Shown here one piece after another: positions 59,590 to 64,000 of a stretch of 64,000 nt of DNA. The notes under the pieces are model-generated. The model made no database searches and had not been told where the DNA came from. It worked only from the letters and a program-made list of their open reading frames with translations. The DNA lies in assembly GCA_027355725.1 (NCBI GenBank), contig DAIEHI010000167.1, forward strand, positions 7,711 through 71,710, given 5' to 3'. Within the stretch, counting starts at the first letter, position 1, and each line of letters begins with the position of its first letter. The stretch is from Acidimicrobiaceae bacterium. GTDB taxonomy: Bacteria > Actinomycetota > Acidimicrobiia > Acidimicrobiales > RAAP-2. The translations under genes were made by a program, and so were the position numbers.

Positions 59590-60699
59590 GTGCAGCCTTT
59601 GCTCGCCCTTGACCTGCCACTCGGCCCCGCACTCGAGAAGGCGCTGCGAGACTGTGCGGACCAGCACGCGGCCTTTTGTGTCCTTGACCAGCGAATATCG
59701 CCCTCACGACGCGAGCAAGAACTCTCAATTCTTGGAGCAACGATGATCCTTGACGAGAACGGAAGCTCAGCGCTGCACTCGGGACGAGAGGTGGACGACG
59801 AGATTGGTCTCGTGATGCTCACGTCTGGCTCGAGTGGCACACCCAAGGCAGCGGAACTCACTTGGACGGCGCTCGAGGCGAGCGCCGTCCTCACCCAAGC
59901 GACACTCAGGGGTGAACGGGCGCCGGCGTGGTACCCCTGTCTGCCGGCAAGTCACATTGGGGGCCTCGCGGTACTGCTGCGCGCGATTCTCGATGACGCG
60001 ACATTGGTGTGGGGGCCGCCCGACGAACTCGAACGAGCCGCCTCGCTCGGGGCGACCCACGTGGCAGTCGTTCGAACCCAACTCGCGCGATTTGATCTGG
60101 ATGCTTTCGAGAAGGTCCTGGTCGGAGGGGCGAGGCCCCCGAGCGCGCGGGGTGAGAACGTCATCGCAACCTGGGGAATGACCGAGACCGGTTCGGGCGT
60201 CGTGTACGACGGATACCCCCTCGCGGGAGTGGATGTCGCCAGCCGTGAAGGCGAGATCATCGTTCGAAGCCCCACGCTCTTTCGTTCGTATCGAAACGCG
60301 CCACGACTTTTGACAACGGGCCCCGACGGAAGAAATGACTGGTTTGCAACGGGCGACGCCGGAAGTGTCGAGGACGGCAAGGTCTCCGTGCGCGGCCGAC
60401 TGGGCTACGTCATCAACACTGGCGGTGAGAAACTCTGGCCCGAGGACCTCGAAGTCCTGATTGCGAGCATCGAGGGGATCACAGACGTCGCGGTAACGAG
60501 TCTTTTCGACCCCGAATGGGGCGAGAAGGTCGTGGCGCTGGTAGTGAGCGACGCCTCGAACAAGGATGCACAGATCAGAGACCTCGCCGATGAAGCCATT
60601 GGCCCCTGGGCCAAGCCCAAGTTGATCCGATACGTGCGCGACATCCCGCGCACGAACAATGGGAAGATTCGTCGCAGCGCACTTCCCGGTCTCGCTTAA
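59590..60699 (+). CDS. menE: O-succinylbenzoate--CoA ligase
   Basis: TSGSSGTPK, HIGG, WGMTET, TGD, INTGGEK; men context. Confidence 0.85.
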   Translation: MQPLLALDLPLGPALEKALRDCADQHAAFCVLDQRISPSRREQELSILGATMILDENGSSALHSGREVDDEIGLVMLTSGSSGTPKAAELTWTALEASAVLTQATLRGERAPAWYPCLPASHIGGLAVLLRAILDDATLVWGPPDELERAASLGATHVAVVRTQLARFDLDAFEKVLVGGARPPSARGENVIATWGMTETGSGVVYDGYPLAGVDVASREGEIIVRSPTLFRSYRNAPRLLTTGPDGRNDWFATGDAGSVEDGKVSVRGRLGYVINTGGEKLWPEDLEVLIASIEGITDVAVTSLFDPEWGEKVVALVVSDASNKDAQIRDLADEAIGPWAKPKLIRYVRDIPRTNNGKIRRSALPGLA

Positions 60700-61484
60700 C
60701 CCACGCCCCCTGAGGGTTGGTTCGTGGTGCCACCGTCCACGACGAAGGTCTGACCAGTGATCCACGCCGAGTCATCGCTCATGAGAAAGAGCGCCATCGC
60801 CGCGATGTCACGGGCCTCGCCCAGGCGGCGAAGAGGTATGTGTTCACGCAGTGACCCTTCATTGGCTTCCCAGATACCACGCGCCAGTTCAGTGCGCACG
60901 AGACCGGGGGCGATTGCGTTCACCCGCACACCTGGTGACAGCTCCCAGGCGAATTGCTTGGTGAGATGGCTGACCGCCGCCTTGGTCGCGTTGTACCAAC
61001 CGATTCCGGGCTCGGGAGCCAACCCGCCAATGGATGCGATGTTGATGACCACGCCTCCGTGTTCGCTCATCCACTGGTGCCACGCCGCTGAGGTATGGGT
61101 GACAATCGACGCTTGGTTCACCTCGTAGGTCTTTTGCATCCGCGCGTCATCGATGTCAACGAGCGGACCGAAGTACGGGTTCGTCCCTGCGTTATTCACG
61201 AGCACGTCGAGTCGACCGAAACGATCGAGCGCACTCGCAACGCACCGGTTCGCGTCGTCACGAGAACCCACGTGGGCAACCAGAGTCTGAACGCGGTCGG
61301 TGTCGTGGAATTCAAGTAGAGCGCGAGCCAGATTCTGCTCACTCCGAGATGTGATCACAACTCGCCCACCCGAGGCGACAACTCTCTGTGCGATGGCGAG
61401 GCCTATGCCTCGGCTCGCACCCGTGACGAGCGTGACCCGACCCTCAAGGTCAGTGTCGCCACTCGACACGGGCTCTGCGACCAC
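60696..61484 (-). CDS. SDR family oxidoreductase
   Basis: TGASRGIG, NNAG, YNATK. Confidence 0.92.
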   Translation of the reverse strand: MVAEPVSSGDTDLEGRVTLVTGASRGIGLAIAQRVVASGGRVVITSRSEQNLARALLEFHDTDRVQTLVAHVGSRDDANRCVASALDRFGRLDVLVNNAGTNPYFGPLVDIDDARMQKTYEVNQASIVTHTSAAWHQWMSEHGGVVINIASIGGLAPEPGIGWYNATKAAVSHLTKQFAWELSPGVRVNAIAPGLVRTELARGIWEANEGSLREHIPLRRLGEARDIAAMALFLMSDDSAWITGQTFVVDGGTTNQPSGGVG

Positions 61485-61490
61485 CGAGGA

Positions 61491-62744
61491 CTACCTCGTA
61501 GCGCTATTCCGTCGAGCCACCGAGTCAACCGTGACTGCGGCGAGCAAGACTATGCCGGTGACGATGTACTGCGTCGAGGCGCCCATGCTCAACAGTGCCA
61601 TGCCGTTGTAGATCGTCGCAATGATGAGACCACCCACCACGGCGTGGATCATCTTTCCTCGACCACCGAAGAGGCTGGTGCCGCCAATGACCGCAGCAGC
61701 GATCGCGTACAGCGTGAGCGTGCTCGGGGGTCCGTCATTCACTCCGTTGAGCTGTGACACGTAAAGAAGGCCACCGATGCCGCCGGTGATACCAGTGAGA
61801 ATGAACGCGAGAAGGCGGTAGCGATTGACTCGCACACCCGCACGACGCACTGCCTCGCTGTTGCCGCCGATCGCATTGATATAGCGACCCGCCTTGGTCC
61901 TCGTGAGAATGAACGTGCCGATGACCAGCACCCCAATGTCAATCGGGATGGCGAAGGGCATGCCGCGAAGCACGATGAACGTGCCGCGGTTCGCGTCGAA
62001 GATCTTCGCGAGGATCAAACCCACTGCAACCAGCAGGACCACCTTGATGATGACGTATGCCATCGGTTCAGTCACCAGACCGCTCGAGCGACGGTTCATG
62101 TCCCTCTTGATGATTCGATAACACATGATCGCGACACCCACAATCGCCAAGATCCACGTCCAAAGTGGCGTCAGGTTGCCGTACACGAGGTTGTAGAGGA
62201 CCTTCTCGTGAACGGGAATTGTCCCACCAGTGCCTTGTGAGTCCACGACGTAGATAAGCACCCCTTGAAAGGCGAGAAAACCCGCCAGGGTGACGATGAA
62301 CGACGGCACGTTGAGTCGTACCACCACCATCCCGTAGAGCGCACCAATGAGCGTCACGACCAGTATGCCTGCGGGCAGCGCGAGGAACCACGACACGTGG
62401 AACTGCGGATCGACCAAGATGACCGCTACGGCACCACCGAGTACTGATGTGATACCGATAGACAAGTCAATCTCTCCGAGCAGCAAGACCCAAATCTCGG
62501 CCATGCCCAGCAAGATGAATATCGTCGCCTGTACGAAGAGGTTGACGAGGTTGCCAGAAGAGAGGAATGCGGCGTTTCGAATCTGGAAGTACGTGACAAG
62601 CAGCAGGAGCCCGATCACGACCGGGACCATGCCGCTGTCGCCTTGACGCAGGCGCTTGTACATCGTTCCGATCACGTTTGAGGCTGAATTTGGGTCCTCG
62701 GTTGATACGTGAAGTGTCGGATCATCGACGTGAGGGGCAGACAA
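61491..62744 (-). CDS. Sugar ABC transporter permease (XylH-like)
   Basis: GEIDLSIG, PSFIVTL, AIGGN.EA..RAG, IAAAVIGGTSLFGG. Confidence 0.92.
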   Translation of the reverse strand: MSAPHVDDPTLHVSTEDPNSASNVIGTMYKRLRQGDSGMVPVVIGLLLLVTYFQIRNAAFLSSGNLVNLFVQATIFILLGMAEIWVLLLGEIDLSIGITSVLGGAVAVILVDPQFHVSWFLALPAGILVVTLIGALYGMVVVRLNVPSFIVTLAGFLAFQGVLIYVVDSQGTGGTIPVHEKVLYNLVYGNLTPLWTWILAIVGVAIMCYRIIKRDMNRRSSGLVTEPMAYVIIKVVLLVAVGLILAKIFDANRGTFIVLRGMPFAIPIDIGVLVIGTFILTRTKAGRYINAIGGNSEAVRRAGVRVNRYRLLAFILTGITGGIGGLLYVSQLNGVNDGPPSTLTLYAIAAAVIGGTSLFGGRGKMIHAVVGGLIIATIYNGMALLSMGASTQYIVTGIVLLAAVTVDSVARRNSATR

Positions 62745-62762
62745 GAGATGGCTACCTTTCGA

Positions 62763-63611
62763 TTATGAGCTTGGAGCAAGCGTGGTGGGCACACGACTGG
62801 ACTGACCAGTCGTGATGAGTTCTACGGCACTATTTGTGTCGTAGTCAGAGATGGGACCGTTGCTGACGAGGCTCCCCAGGTGCATGACCGCAATGCGGTC
62901 TGCAACGCTGAAGACGTCATTGAGGTTGTGAGAAATTACAAGTACTGCGATTCCTCGCGACGAGAGCGTTCGAATGAGCTCGAGGACCTGTCTGGTCTGC
63001 GAAACACCGAGCGCCGCAGTTGGCTCGTCAAGTATCACCAGTCGAGAGTCACGCATGACAGCGCGAGCAACCGCGATGGCTTGTCGCTGACCCCCCGAGA
63101 GTGACGCCACGAGTTGACGTACAGACTTCACTGTTGAGACAGACAAATCCTTGAGGAGTTGGTTTGTGGCCAATTCCATCTTGATCTCATCGAGCGCACC
63201 GAACTTGGTCTCTTCGCGACCGAGGTACATGTTCTGGACGATGTCGAGGTTGTCACAAAGCGCCAGGTCCTGATACACGGTCGCGATACCTAGCGCGGTC
63301 GCGGTCCGCGGCGAGTGATCGTGTACTTCCTCACCCTTCCAAATGATCTTTCCCTCTGAAGGGGGCCAGATGCCAGAGATGGTCTTGATGAGTACCGACT
63401 TGCCGGCACCGTTGTCGCCAATGAGCGCGGTGACCTGACCGTCGGGTACGTCGAGATTGACGCCCTGTATTGCCTGCACGGGGCCGAAGTTCTTCGACAC
63501 ACCGCGCAGGCTCAACAAAGGCACTGAAGATGACGCCACCCCCGAGCCGCTCTGCTCGGATGGTCCCCTGGAGGACGCTGTGAGGTTCGGCGATTCGGGG
63601 GTGGTGTCCAT
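62763..63611 (-). CDS. Sugar ABC transporter ATPase (single domain)
   Basis: GDNGAGKS, LSGGQRQ, ILDEPTAAL, ISH. Confidence 0.93.
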   Translation of the reverse strand: MDTTPESPNLTASSRGPSEQSGSGVASSSVPLLSLRGVSKNFGPVQAIQGVNLDVPDGQVTALIGDNGAGKSVLIKTISGIWPPSEGKIIWKGEEVHDHSPRTATALGIATVYQDLALCDNLDIVQNMYLGREETKFGALDEIKMELATNQLLKDLSVSTVKSVRQLVASLSGGQRQAIAVARAVMRDSRLVILDEPTAALGVSQTRQVLELIRTLSSRGIAVLVISHNLNDVFSVADRIAVMHLGSLVSNGPISDYDTNSAVELITTGQSSRVPTTLAPSS

Positions 63612-63622
63612 GCTTCTACCGA

Positions 63623-64000
63623 CTACTTGATGCCGTAGGTCTTGCAGTCCTGCGCGTAGGTCGGCTGAGTTGAACCAGCGACCGTCGGAGCAGAGTTCGT
63701 GCAAAGGTCGGAGGCCTTGATGACCTTGTCCGCGATGACCGTCTTCTGGACGGTGGCGGCGGTGACCCAGGTGGCGGTCAACAGAACCGACGGAACCTTC
63801 TTCAGGCTATTGATAAGAGCTGACGAGTCCGTTGAGGTGCCGTTCACGAGACCCTTAGGTGGCTTGACACCGGCACGCAAGTACACGGCCAGTGCTGCAG
63901 CTGCCTGAGCTTCGAGCCAGATCGGCTTGTAGACCGTACCGCACTGGTATCCCGAGATGATGTTCTCGAAACCAATCAACGTAGCGTCCTGGCCCGTGAA
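63623..64000 (-). CDS. Sugar ABC substrate-binding protein (C-terminal part; XylF/ChvE-like)
   Basis: TGQDA...G.Q.GTVYKP; runs off window edge. Confidence 0.85.
   Translation of the reverse strand, partial: FTGQDATLIGFENIISGYQCGTVYKPIWLEAQAAAALAVYLRAGVKPPKGLVNGTSTDSSALINSLKKVPSVLLTATWVTAATVQKTVIADKVIKASDLCTNSAPTVAGSTQPTYAQDCKTYGIK

Noticed and set aside
1-64000. Long antisense or alternative-frame ORFs (e.g. 5606-6577, 16486-17403, 19586-20671, 59767-60765)
   Set aside because: They are shadows of well-supported genes, expected at high GC, and have no motifs.
1-64000. CRISPR arrays, tRNA/rRNA, prophage or defence genes
   Set aside because: No spaced repeats or recognisable RNA genes; nearly all sequence is explained by protein-coding genes.

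Overview
GC-rich bacterial chromosome segment, almost certainly from an actinomycete. Acidimicrobiia is my inference from actinobacterial mIHF, a DUF1844-like gene divergent from infC, and gene order. About 80% is housekeeping: arg, infC-rpmI-rplT-pheST, an OmpR-type two-component system, rib, rpe-fmt-def-priA-metK-coaBC-rpoZ-gmk-mihF, pyr/car, aro-efp-nusB, tyrS, classical men genes and a sugar ABC transporter. The stand-out is an ~11 kb block (33834-44606) between nusB and pyrR, which are normally adjacent in actinomycetes. It encodes an atypical heme-copper oxidase. Subunit I has an N-terminal membrane extension and substituted D- and K-channel residues. There is also a CuA subunit II, a degenerate subunit III and a 38-aa membrane peptide. 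The operon is headed by a membrane-anchored cupredoxin whose ligand loop (H...C-x3-C...M...M) is neither type-1 nor canonical CuA. A doubled assembly kit surrounds it: two SCO proteins, two caa3-CtaG proteins (one lacking the conserved His) and two 'mini-SURF1'-like proteins. No cytochrome c is encoded in the block. This resembles oxidases of acidophilic Fe(II) oxidisers and is the best candidate for an undescribed system. Also seen: many leaderless genes, an ATC start for infC, ARG boxes, a PyrR loop, PhoP-type repeats, and clean absence of argJ, argD, riboflavin synthase, pyrK, rsmB and pepQ from their usual operons. No rRNA, tRNA, CRISPR array or transposase was recognised. All calls are by eye; no database search was run.
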